A stretch of DNA of 40,371 nucleotides. Source: Verrucomicrobiota bacterium (GTDB lineage: Bacteria; Verrucomicrobiota; Lentisphaeria; Lentisphaerales; Lentisphaeraceae). The notes under the pieces are model-generated. The model worked only from the letters and a program-made list of their open reading frames with translations. It was not told where the DNA came from and made no database searches. The translations under genes were made by a program, and so were the position numbers. This document shows positions 1-8,422 of this stretch, one piece after another (the stretch's first letter is position 1; the number at the start of each line of letters is the position of its first letter). Where the stretch lies: assembly GCA_039798785.1 (NCBI GenBank), contig JBDKFG010000043.1, positions 1 through 40,371 on the forward strand, in the 5' to 3' direction.

Positions 1-180
1 CTAACTGTGTTGCGGATGGCCAACGCGCCCAGAAGAGAAGCGGTAGTTTGATAGTGTGATGCCGGAAGTGCGGGATGTGCAGGATGAGGTGAAGAACCTC
101 AGGAAATCGCGTCCGGCGCCCCCTAAATATAGACTAAAGGCCGCGCCCTGCTTCGCAAAGCCAGGAGAACGTCGCGATTT

Positions 181-882
181 TCAGAGCTCGCGGATCTTGA
201 TGTTTCGGAAAGAGTAGACCTTGCCCTCCGGACCAGCGTGAACCTGGAGGGCGACAAACCCTTCGAGGCGTCCTTTTTCATCAGTCAGGTCAGCTCCGGC
301 GACGCCGTTGACCCAGGTACGGATGCGGCTGCCTTCGCAAACGATGCGCAGGTGATTCCAGTCGTTGTGCTTGAAAGACTTGCCAGCGGTGAATTCAGGC
401 AGCTTGGCACCTTTCTCCTTCGGCTTCTGAGGCTGCAGCCAGGCGCGGCCGCACTCCTCCTGGACGCCTCCGGTCCAGGCGCGCTCGCTCGGATCGACTT
501 CGCATTGCCAGCCGGAGACGCGACCGGCGTCCTTGCCGCCTTCCGGCTTGACGATGCTGCGGACCTGTACGCCGGAATTCATGTAGGCCTTCTCAGTTTC
601 CTCGAGCTTGACTTCGACTTCCAGCTCGAAGTTCTTGTAGGTCTTGTCGGTGCAGAGGAAGGTGTTGGCGCCGCCCTTGGCGCTGGTGCCGACGATGACG
701 CCGTCCTTGACTTCGAAAGTGGCCTTGCCGCCGGCGCCCTTGACGCTCCAGCCGGTGAGGTCTTTGCCGTTGAAGAGATCGACGGCCGGAGCGGGGGCGG
801 AGACAGCGGCGGGAGCGGATTCCGCGGCGGCGCAAGAGACGGCGGAGAGAATCAGGCCGAGGCAGAGGAGGGAGTTTTTCAT
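181..882 (-). CDS. DUF1080 (3-keto-disaccharide hydrolase-like) secreted protein
   Basis: Signal peptide MKNSLLCLGLIL..., motifs LFNGKDLTGW, NSGVQVRS, WNHLRI, ALQVH, FRNIKIREL. Start moved from the ORF-track 975 to the ATG at 882. Confidence 0.9.
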   Translation of the reverse strand: MKNSLLCLGLILSAVSCAAAESAPAAVSAPAPAVDLFNGKDLTGWSVKGAGGKATFEVKDGVIVGTSAKGGANTFLCTDKTYKNFELEVEVKLEETEKAYMNSGVQVRSIVKPEGGKDAGRVSGWQCEVDPSERAWTGGVQEECGRAWLQPQKPKEKGAKLPEFTAGKSFKHNDWNHLRIVCEGSRIRTWVNGVAGADLTDEKGRLEGFVALQVHAGPEGKVYSFRNIKIREL

Positions 883-922
883 GAGAGTGCGTTCCTTGGG
901 TTCGGGTGGGTGACAGTGTTTT

Positions 923-1681
923 TTATTGAGCGAGTTCGCGGATCCAGACATTGCGGTAATGCACCGGGTCGCCATGGAACTGGAGCTTCAGCGGCAGCTT
1001 GGATTCATGCGCCTTGTAAGGGCGGGTTTCCTTGTAGCGGGTCGGGCCGAGGATTTGGGTGTTGTTCTGGACGACGATGCCATTGACCATCGCGGTGACC
1101 CTGGCGGGCGAGACCAGTTTCCCGTCGGCATCAAAGACCGGGGCGGTGAAGGAGATGTCGTAGGAGTTCCACTCATCGGGGGGATTGCCGGCTTTGACCA
1201 GCGGCGGCGTCTGGCCGTAGACGGCACCGAGGGTGCCGTCGGCGTAGGTTTTGCTTTCCCAGCCGTTGAGCACTTGCAGCTCGTAGAGCCCCATCAGGAA
1301 GATGCCGGAGTTGCCGGACTGATTGCCTTTGCAGCAGCTTTTGGGGATCATGAATTCGAGGTGGAGCTGGCAGGAGCCGAAGGCCTCCTTGGTGAACAGA
1401 TCCGCTTTGCCAGCGACGAGAAGGCCCTCGACGATCTGCCACTGGGGATCTTTGAAGGCTTCGAGATTTCTGCCGTCGAAAATGACCTTGGCGTCGGCCG
1501 GGGCGGCTCTTGTCATGCAGGTGCCTCGGACCTGTTGCGGCTGCGGACGGGCCGGGTCGTGGACATGCCAGGTCGTACCGGCGATGATCGGTGTGTTGGT
1601 GTAGCCGGGGATCTTGTCCTTGGCTTCTGGTTCCGCCGCGCCGAGGATGAAGATGGAGGCTAGCAGGACGAGACTTCTCAT
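923..1681 (-). CDS. DUF1080 (3-keto-disaccharide hydrolase-like) secreted protein
   Basis: Signal peptide; WHVHDPARPQP, GNSGIFLMGLYELQVL, LQFHGDPVHYRNVWIREL; start overlaps the upstream stop (ATGA). Confidence 0.9.
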   Translation of the reverse strand: MRSLVLLASIFILGAAEPEAKDKIPGYTNTPIIAGTTWHVHDPARPQPQQVRGTCMTRAAPADAKVIFDGRNLEAFKDPQWQIVEGLLVAGKADLFTKEAFGSCQLHLEFMIPKSCCKGNQSGNSGIFLMGLYELQVLNGWESKTYADGTLGAVYGQTPPLVKAGNPPDEWNSYDISFTAPVFDADGKLVSPARVTAMVNGIVVQNNTQILGPTRYKETRPYKAHESKLPLKLQFHGDPVHYRNVWIRELAQ

Positions 1682-3954
1682 GGGGATTCCTTCTTCAGTT
1701 CCTCTTCGGTGAAGGCGACGGCGCCACGTTGCTTCAAAGCGTCGCGGACCGCCTTGATCGTCTCTGGCTTAACCGCAGGGGCGCGATTCCCCCATTCGTT
1801 GCGCATGTAAGTGGCGATGGCGGCCAAGGTCTTGTCATCCATCGCAGGATTCTGCATCGAGCCGGGCATCTCGAGCGGGAGCTCGAGTTTTACGCCGGCC
1901 ACATGGATGGGCCCGCGCATGCCGGCAAGAAGGATTTTCGCCAGGGTCTTGTCGTCGCCGGTGACCCATTCCGAGCCGGCGAGCGGAGCGCCTAGATTGG
2001 GCAGGCCCTGGCCGTCGGCTCCGTGGCAGCCGATGCACGCGGTGGAGTAGTGGGTCTTGCCGAGATCAAAGAGCGCTTGATCGCCTTTCGACAGCTTCAC
2101 CGGTTTCGGGCCGACCGCCGTCGCGGCCGTCGCGGCAACCAGCTTCAGCGTCTTTTCGGCGAAGTCGCGCTGCGCCGAGCTCTGGGCATAGGCTCCGGCC
2201 GCGGTGCCGAGACCGGCGAGAGCAGCCTCGCCGACGTAGCTCTTGCCCGACCACTTGGTCAGGACCGCGTCGAGCGCGCTCCAGGCGGGCCAGCCGAGGG
2301 CGGCGCTGGTGCGGGCGAGGGCGGCGGCCTCGACTTCGTTGGCGGCTTGATGGCGGCTGAGGACGGCCACCAGTTCGGCGCTGACCACCGCCTGCTGGGC
2401 GGCGAGCAGAACGCTCATCCGGGCGGCTGGATTTTTCGCGGCGAGGGCGGCGGCGAAGCTGTCGGCATCGGCCTTGCCGAGACCGACAAGCGCCCAGATC
2501 GCCTGCACCTTGGCGCGGTCCCCCCCCGAGGCGAGTAGCGCTTTCAGCGCCGGGACGGCATCCTGCAGCTGGCGTTCGACGATCTGGCGGCGAGCCATGT
2601 CGGCCCACCAGGCGTTGCTGTTTTCGAGCTCCTTGACCAGCTCGGCGGCACTCGCGGTGTCGAGGGCGGGCTTGCGGCGGTCCAGTTTCGCCCCTTCCGC
2701 CTGGACGCGGAAGATGCGCCCGAAGCCGGTGAACTTGTCTAGGCCATGCTTGAGGATGTAGCGGCGCAGATAGGAAGTGACGAACTCCTTGTGCTGCAGG
2801 ATGCCCATGTGCATGTCGAGGATGAGCAGCGAGCCATCGGGAGTGGCGACGCAGTTGACGGGGCGGAAGAGCTCGTCGGTGGCGGTGAGGAACTCGCTGC
2901 CGGCAATCGGCTGGACGCCCTTGGGCTTGCCCTTGGCATCCTCCTCGATGCGGATGTATTTGACCAGGTAGCCGGCGGGCTCGGGAGTGAAGAGTCCCTG
3001 CCATTCCCCCATGGCTTCGCTGTAGATGAAGGTCGGACCGCAGGCCGAGGTGGCGCTTTTCATCTTGCCCTCGTCATTGAGGATGCCTGGCTGGTAGGCG
3101 CGGTTGATGCCGGGCGTGACGCGGCGGGGCTTGCAGGCGCCGCCGAAGCCGGTGACAAGCCACTGCTTTTTCTGGTAAGGGCTACCGAGAAGGGTGTTGG
3201 GCGGGAGGATTTCGAGGGATCCGAAGTCGCTGTTGCCGTTGGTCACCAGGCGCCCCCAAGGGTCGCTGGAGATGCCGAACTGGCCGCGGAATTCGGTGGA
3301 GCCCTTGCTCCAGCTGCCATCGGCGTTACGGCGGTAGCGCTTGTCGCTTTTGGCGGAATAGATCCAGCCGTCGAGGTGCATCAACAGGCCGTTAGGCTTG
3401 TGCTCAAGCGAGCCGCCCTTGGCGTAGTCGGCGTCGACCACGATCTGCTTGCCGGGCTTGAGATCGGCGCCAATCTCGAGGAAGTAAAGCGAGTCGGAAT
3501 CAGCCCAGAGGATGCCGTCGTTGAAGGGCAGCACGGCGCGCGCGACCTTAGCGGCGCCGACGATCACGGTCTTCTTCTCGTAGACGCCGTCGCCGTCGCC
3601 ATCTTCGAGGCAAACGATGCCTTCCGAAGGCTTCTCCTCGTCCTTGCCATCGACGTCGAGCATGAAGGTGGGCATCTGGACGACCCAGAGTCGGCCGCGG
3701 GCATCGAACTGGGCCGCCACCGGCATCACCACCGTGGGTTCGGCGGCGGCAAGGCTGAGCTTGATACCGGCGGGAGCCTTGAGATCAGCCAGGGCTTCTT
3801 GAGGTGTGAGGAGCACGACCTTGGGCAGCTTCTCATCGGGCACCATGTCGCGCTCCATCAGATCGCGATTCTTGGCGTCCTTGGCATCGCCTTTCTGCGC
3901 CTGGGCGCTGAGGGCGAAGACTACGCTGAGTGCGGCGGAAAGGAGGATTCTCAT
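1678..3954 (-). CDS. PVC-type membrane-bound dehydrogenase-like protein (beta-propeller, HEAT-like repeats, C-terminal cytochrome c)
   Basis: Signal peptide, AAEPTVVMPVAAQFDARGRLWV, FRPVN...PDGSLLILDM, heme motif CIGCH and distal Met (EMPG). Confidence 0.85.
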   Translation of the reverse strand: MRILLSAALSVVFALSAQAQKGDAKDAKNRDLMERDMVPDEKLPKVVLLTPQEALADLKAPAGIKLSLAAAEPTVVMPVAAQFDARGRLWVVQMPTFMLDVDGKDEEKPSEGIVCLEDGDGDGVYEKKTVIVGAAKVARAVLPFNDGILWADSDSLYFLEIGADLKPGKQIVVDADYAKGGSLEHKPNGLLMHLDGWIYSAKSDKRYRRNADGSWSKGSTEFRGQFGISSDPWGRLVTNGNSDFGSLEILPPNTLLGSPYQKKQWLVTGFGGACKPRRVTPGINRAYQPGILNDEGKMKSATSACGPTFIYSEAMGEWQGLFTPEPAGYLVKYIRIEEDAKGKPKGVQPIAGSEFLTATDELFRPVNCVATPDGSLLILDMHMGILQHKEFVTSYLRRYILKHGLDKFTGFGRIFRVQAEGAKLDRRKPALDTASAAELVKELENSNAWWADMARRQIVERQLQDAVPALKALLASGGDRAKVQAIWALVGLGKADADSFAAALAAKNPAARMSVLLAAQQAVVSAELVAVLSRHQAANEVEAAALARTSAALGWPAWSALDAVLTKWSGKSYVGEAALAGLGTAAGAYAQSSAQRDFAEKTLKLVAATAATAVGPKPVKLSKGDQALFDLGKTHYSTACIGCHGADGQGLPNLGAPLAGSEWVTGDDKTLAKILLAGMRGPIHVAGVKLELPLEMPGSMQNPAMDDKTLAAIATYMRNEWGNRAPAVKPETIKAVRDALKQRGAVAFTEEELKKESP

Positions 3955-4080
3955 GACGGCTTCCTTTTGTTGTTGACTTATGCTTCCTGCTAGGGAAAGA
4001 CACCCGGCCGATCTTCAAGTTACCCGAAACATTCCCGAATCAGAAAAAGATACTGGCAAATCGATTTCGTCCGCGGATAT

Positions 4081-4977
4081 TCAGGCATCTTTTTCGGGAG
4101 TGTACGGGCGTGCCTGCCAATTCCGAGCTTGCAGCAAGCTCATCAGGCGGCGGCCGTATTCGACGTAGAGTTCGTAGGACTTGTCGGACTGGGTCCCGAC
4201 GGCAGCGGGGTCGTGGAAAACGGCGGCGAGGTGGGGTTCGATCGAGATGCCGCCGTCGTAGCCGCGGGATTGCAGGTCGCGCAGGATTTCCTTGACGTAG
4301 CCCTGACCTTCACCGGGCATGGTGTAGCGCTCTTTTTCGCCCGGGAGCGGGTTGAGGCTGTCCTTGATGTGGACGTAGGCGATGTGCTGGCGGATTTGCG
4401 AGTAGAATTCCCAACCGTCCTGCCAGACGTCGCCGGGCTTGGAGAAGTCCTTCATGAAGGGCGAGTTTCCGGTGTCGTAGATGAGCTGGATGCCGGGGAC
4501 ATTTTCGAGCAGTTCGAGGGTGTGGCGCCAGCTCATGCCGCCGTAGTTCATGCAATTTTCGTGCACCGGCTGGATGCCGGCGGCGAGGAAGCGGGCGGTG
4601 ACTTCGCGAAGGCGGCGGAAGCGCTCCTGCGGCTTCTGGTCGTCGCCGGGAGAGCGGCGATAGCTCATGATCCGGATCAGCCGGGCGCCGAGACGCTGCA
4701 TCCTCGGGATGGCCCGCTCCACTTCGCCGAGGGTGATGGCAAAATCGTCGTCCACGTCCTTGGCCCAGTTGGCGATTGCCGAGCCGAAACAGTTGATGTG
4801 GACCCCGGCAGCCTGAAGCTTGACGCAGACTTCCTCGAAAGTGGCCTCGTCGACGTCGTGCAAATTGCGGCCATTGACGTTGCGGCTCTCGATCGCGTTC
4901 CAACCCAGTTCGAGGGTAGCCTGGATCTGGGTGTCGATGTCGCGGCCGGCTTCGTCGGCAAATCCTGTGAGGTACAT
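4081..4977 (-). CDS. sugar phosphate isomerase/epimerase (xylose isomerase-like TIM barrel)
   Basis: LTGFADE, HENC, YDTGN, VHIKD, ISIEPH metal-binding motifs. Confidence 0.9.
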   Translation of the reverse strand: MYLTGFADEAGRDIDTQIQATLELGWNAIESRNVNGRNLHDVDEATFEEVCVKLQAAGVHINCFGSAIANWAKDVDDDFAITLGEVERAIPRMQRLGARLIRIMSYRRSPGDDQKPQERFRRLREVTARFLAAGIQPVHENCMNYGGMSWRHTLELLENVPGIQLIYDTGNSPFMKDFSKPGDVWQDGWEFYSQIRQHIAYVHIKDSLNPLPGEKERYTMPGEGQGYVKEILRDLQSRGYDGGISIEPHLAAVFHDPAAVGTQSDKSYELYVEYGRRLMSLLQARNWQARPYTPEKDA

Positions 4978-5003
4978 GAGCTGGATTCCTTTATGATTTT
5001 TTT

Positions 5004-5109
5004 TTCACCACGAAGACGCGAAGAACACGAAGTGATCAAAAAAATGGGCTTCCGTTTTTCGGGTCTGTCTCATTCAGATTCTTCGTGGACTTCGTGTCTT
5101 CGTGGTGAA
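5004..5109. repeat. 29-bp imperfect inverted repeat built of three CGAAG units per arm (REP/MITE-like)
   Basis: TTCACCACGAAGACGCGAAGAACACGAAG (5004-5032) matches the reverse complement of 5081-5109 at 26/29 positions; 48-bp spacer. Confidence 0.85.
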
Positions 5110-5120
5110 TTTTCTAGTTC

Positions 5121-6524
5121 TCAGAACTTGAAATACTCTTTGGCGTTGCGGTAGCAGATGCCTTCGACGATGGCGCCGAGGAGCTCGCGGTCGTCGGGAA
5201 GGAGGCCGGCCTCGACGTCGCGGCCGAAGATCTGGCAGAGCAGGCGGCGGAAGTATTCGTGGCGGGGGAAGCTGAGGAAGGAGCGCGAGTCGGTGAGCAT
5301 GCCGACGAAGCGCGAGATCAGGCCGGTCTGCGACAGCATGTTCATCTGGTCGCGCATGCCGTCGAGCTGGTCCATGAACCACCAGCCGGAGCCGAACTGG
5401 ATCTTGCCCGGAATGATGCCGTCCTGGAAGTTGCCGATCATGGTGGCGAAGACGGCGTTGTCGCGCGGGTTGAGGTTGTAGAGGATGGTCTTGGGCAGCT
5501 TGCCGTCGCGATCGAGCGCGTCGAGGAAGCGCGACAGGGCCTCGGCCTGGGGGCGGTCGCCGATCGAGTCGGTGCCGGCGTTGAGGCCGACCGTGGCGCG
5601 CAGACGCGAGTTGTTGTTGCGCAGCGGCCCGAGGTGGAGCTGCATCGCCCAGCCCCTCTCGGCGTTCCAGCGGCCGACTTCGAGCAGGACGCGGGTGCGG
5701 ATGCGGTCCTTCGCCGCTTCATCGATGCCCTGGCCGTCGCGGAGGCGGGCGAAGTCGGCTTCGAGGGTGCTGGCATCGGCTTCGCTGCAGGAGGCCTGGA
5801 TCATGCCGTGGTCGGAGATGCGGCAGCCGACGCTGTGGAAGAAGTCGTGGCGGCTCTTCAGGGCGGCGAGAGCGTCGCCGAAGGTGCGGATGGCGATGCC
5901 GGCGCTGGCGCCGAGGCGTTCGAGGTAGGCCGGCACCAGATGCGGCTCGTCGAGGGCGACGAGGGTTTCGGGACGGTAGGTCGGCAGGGTCTTGAAGCCG
6001 GGCGAGAGCTTGGCGGCGGCAAGGTGGAATTCAAGCGAATCGGCGGGATCGTCGGTGGTGCACAGGGCTTCGACGCGCTGCTGACGCAGCAGGCCGCAGG
6101 CGCTGTGGCTCGGCAGTTGCAATTGGCGGCTGCATTCGTCGAAGATGGCGTCGGCACTCTTCCGGTTCAAGAGCTCATAGATGCCGAAGTAGCGCTGCAG
6201 CTCCAGATGCTGCCAGTGATAAAGCGGATTGCGCAGGCACATCGGCATGGTCGCCGCCCAGGCCTGCCATCGGGCGCGGGGCAGGGCCTTGCCGGTCACC
6301 AAGGTCTCGGGGATGCCGTTGGCCCGCATCGCCCGCCATTTATAGTGATCGCCGTCCAAGGCCGCCGTCGCGACGTCCGCAAAAACCCGGTCGGAAGCAA
6401 TGTCCGCCGGATTTAAATGGTTGTGATAGTCGATAACAGGCAACTTTTTAGCGTACTTGTGATAGAGCTCGACAGCACAATCGGTGTCGAGCAGGAAATC
6501 AGCATCCATGAAGGGCTTCGGCAT
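5121..6524 (-). CDS. uxaC: glucuronate (uronate) isomerase
   Basis: IDYHNHL, GDHYKWRAMRANG, NPLYHW, CTTDDP, QFGSGWWF, GMLTDSRSFLSFPRHEYFRR. Start at ATG 6524 (MPKPFMDADFLL). Confidence 0.97.
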   Translation of the reverse strand: MPKPFMDADFLLDTDCAVELYHKYAKKLPVIDYHNHLNPADIASDRVFADVATAALDGDHYKWRAMRANGIPETLVTGKALPRARWQAWAATMPMCLRNPLYHWQHLELQRYFGIYELLNRKSADAIFDECSRQLQLPSHSACGLLRQQRVEALCTTDDPADSLEFHLAAAKLSPGFKTLPTYRPETLVALDEPHLVPAYLERLGASAGIAIRTFGDALAALKSRHDFFHSVGCRISDHGMIQASCSEADASTLEADFARLRDGQGIDEAAKDRIRTRVLLEVGRWNAERGWAMQLHLGPLRNNNSRLRATVGLNAGTDSIGDRPQAEALSRFLDALDRDGKLPKTILYNLNPRDNAVFATMIGNFQDGIIPGKIQFGSGWWFMDQLDGMRDQMNMLSQTGLISRFVGMLTDSRSFLSFPRHEYFRRLLCQIFGRDVEAGLLPDDRELLGAIVEGICYRNAKEYFKF

Positions 6525-6692
6525 GGTCACATCCTCGTTTTGGCTCTGTGAAAAAGAAAAGCCGGCTCCGGAAAAATTCAAGGCAACTTGAAAAATTTTT
6601 AAATATGCCTGTTTTAATCTAGGAAGCGGCTCGGCAACGAAAGCGCCGGGCTGCGGCTGGCGGCGCTCCCTCAGCGGCTGTATACTGGGGAC

Positions 6693-7508
6693 ATGCAGCA
6701 GCGAAAAATCATCTACTTCCCCGTCTTCCCCGAAAGCCTGGAGCCGGGAAGCGAGCGCAGTGACTTTGTCCGTCACTGGGTGCAGGACGTCCTGATTCCA
6801 GAGGGACGTGCGACCTGGAACGAAGCGGAAGCGAACGCCTATCTGGTGGCCACCGGTGACGGCGGCATGATGCGAGCCGCCCGCAATCACTGCGACAGCG
6901 GCAAGCCTCTTTTCGGCGTCAACTGCGGCACCCTCGGCTTTTTGATGAACCAGGTCCGTGAAGTGGAGCATCTGCCTCGCCATCTCGAGGATCTGCACAC
7001 GGTCACTTTGACCCTGATGCAGGGCGAGTTCCATTGTCGCAACGGCCGCGTCGTGCGGCATCTCGCTTTCAACGACATCTTCTGCGGCGGCAACATCGCC
7101 GACTTCGTCAGCTTCCAGATCCGCGGTTCACTCTCCCATTTCCGCGACCGCCGGGTGAAGGGCAACGGCCTTTTCGTCTCCACGCCGCAAGGCACCACCG
7201 GCTTCGCCCTGAACGCCCAGGGCAGCTCCGCGGTGCTGCCCCTGGACACCCGGGCCTGGTACATCGGCGGCGTCGCCACCGGCCCATATCCCTCCAGCGT
7301 CTTCTCGCCTCAGGCAGTCGAGATCCGCTGCCAGTCGCGGCGCCCGGTGAACGGTTATGCCGACGGCTACGACCAGGAGGTGCACGACATCGAGCGGATA
7401 GTCATCACCCCGACTCGCCACCAGGTGATTCTCGCCTTCCGTCAGGACATGGATTTCGAGGCGCGCCGCCGCGAACTGGCGCAACAGGTCGAACTTGGCC
7501 TCGTCTGA
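6693..7508 (+). CDS. nadK: NAD kinase family protein
   Basis: GDGGM, PLFGVNCGTLGFLMN, FND, GNGLFVSTPQGTTG; some motif positions are atypical. Confidence 0.8.
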   Translation: MQQRKIIYFPVFPESLEPGSERSDFVRHWVQDVLIPEGRATWNEAEANAYLVATGDGGMMRAARNHCDSGKPLFGVNCGTLGFLMNQVREVEHLPRHLEDLHTVTLTLMQGEFHCRNGRVVRHLAFNDIFCGGNIADFVSFQIRGSLSHFRDRRVKGNGLFVSTPQGTTGFALNAQGSSAVLPLDTRAWYIGGVATGPYPSSVFSPQAVEIRCQSRRPVNGYADGYDQEVHDIERIVITPTRHQVILAFRQDMDFEARRRELAQQVELGLV

Positions 7509-7568
7509 GGTTTGCGGTTTAGGCGAAAGGGATTCCATTCCCGGGTGAATTTTTCCAGGAGTTCCTTC

Positions 7569-7727
7569 ATGAGTCTGCTTTTCATCCTAGTTGTCGGCGT
7601 CGCCTTGGCGGCGCTGGTGTTCATCGGCATCTCCGCGCTCCGTCAGAAAGGGCAGGGCAGGGCCAGCCAGGAATACCGTGACCAGCCGATGGCGGAGAAA
7701 AACCGCACTCCGCCAGACCAGCCGTGA
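7569..7727 (+). CDS. small single-pass membrane protein (52 aa)
   Basis: AGGAG RBS before ATG 7569; hydrophobic helix LLFILVVGVALAALVFIGISAL followed by a polar tail. Confidence 0.65.
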   Translation: MSLLFILVVGVALAALVFIGISALRQKGQGRASQEYRDQPMAEKNRTPPDQP

Positions 7728-7767
7728 CCGCAGCCCTTTCCACGCTTTTTTTTCAGGAGTCCCCAGA

Positions 7768-8358
7768 ATGAGTGAATCCAGCCCCCTGCGCCAATCCTTC
7801 CTCGACGGCCACCGACTTCTCGGCGAATTTCTCGCCGAGCGAGCCAACACCGATCGCCTCGAACATCTCGCCCAGATCATCGCCGCCTCCTACGCCCAGG
7901 GCGGCAAGGTGATCATCTTCGGCAACGGCGGCAGCGCCTGCGACGCCGCCCACTTCGCCGAGGAGATGACCGGACGCTACCGCAAAGACCGCCGCGCCCT
8001 CCCCGCCATCGCAGTCACCGACGCCGGCCACATCACCTGCGTCGCCAACGACTACGGATACGATGCTGTCTTCTCCCGCTCGGTCGAAGCCTTCGCCCAG
8101 CCCGGCGACGTGGTCATCGGCATCAGCACCTCCGGAAATTCCCCCAACGTCATCAAGGGCCTGCAGGCGGCCCGCGAGCGCCAGTGCGTCACCGTCGCCC
8201 TCTCCGGCAAGGACGGCGGCAAGCTCCGCGGCAGCTGCGACTTCGAATGGATCTGCCCGGGCGCCAGCGCCGACCGGATCCAGGAGATCCACATGATGCT
8301 GCTGCACATCCTGATCGAGGGCATCGAACGCATCCTCTTCCCGGAGAACTACCGCTGA
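7768..8358 (+). CDS. gmhA: D-sedoheptulose 7-phosphate isomerase (SIS domain)
   Basis: GNGGSACDAAHFAEE, ANDYGY, ISTSGNS, RIQEIH; AGGAG RBS before ATG 7768. Confidence 0.95.
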   Translation: MSESSPLRQSFLDGHRLLGEFLAERANTDRLEHLAQIIAASYAQGGKVIIFGNGGSACDAAHFAEEMTGRYRKDRRALPAIAVTDAGHITCVANDYGYDAVFSRSVEAFAQPGDVVIGISTSGNSPNVIKGLQAARERQCVTVALSGKDGGKLRGSCDFEWICPGASADRIQEIHMMLLHILIEGIERILFPENYR

Positions 8359-8362
8359 GACC

Positions 8363-8392
8363 TTGCAATAGAGCATGATCCGGTAGTACAAT
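8363..8392 (+). promoter_or_regulatory. putative sigma70 promoter
   Basis: TTGCAA-N18-TACAAT, 30 bp upstream of the ATG at 8423. Confidence 0.55.
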
Positions 8393-8422
8393 GATTCATG
8401 TCCAATCCGCGAGGCTGAAGTC

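Noticed and set aside
1..180. CTAAC at the window start (attC-like) and an AAATCGCG inverted repeat
   Set aside because: Truncated, with no paired GTTRRRY core or integrase; probably the promoter/leader of a gene outside the window.
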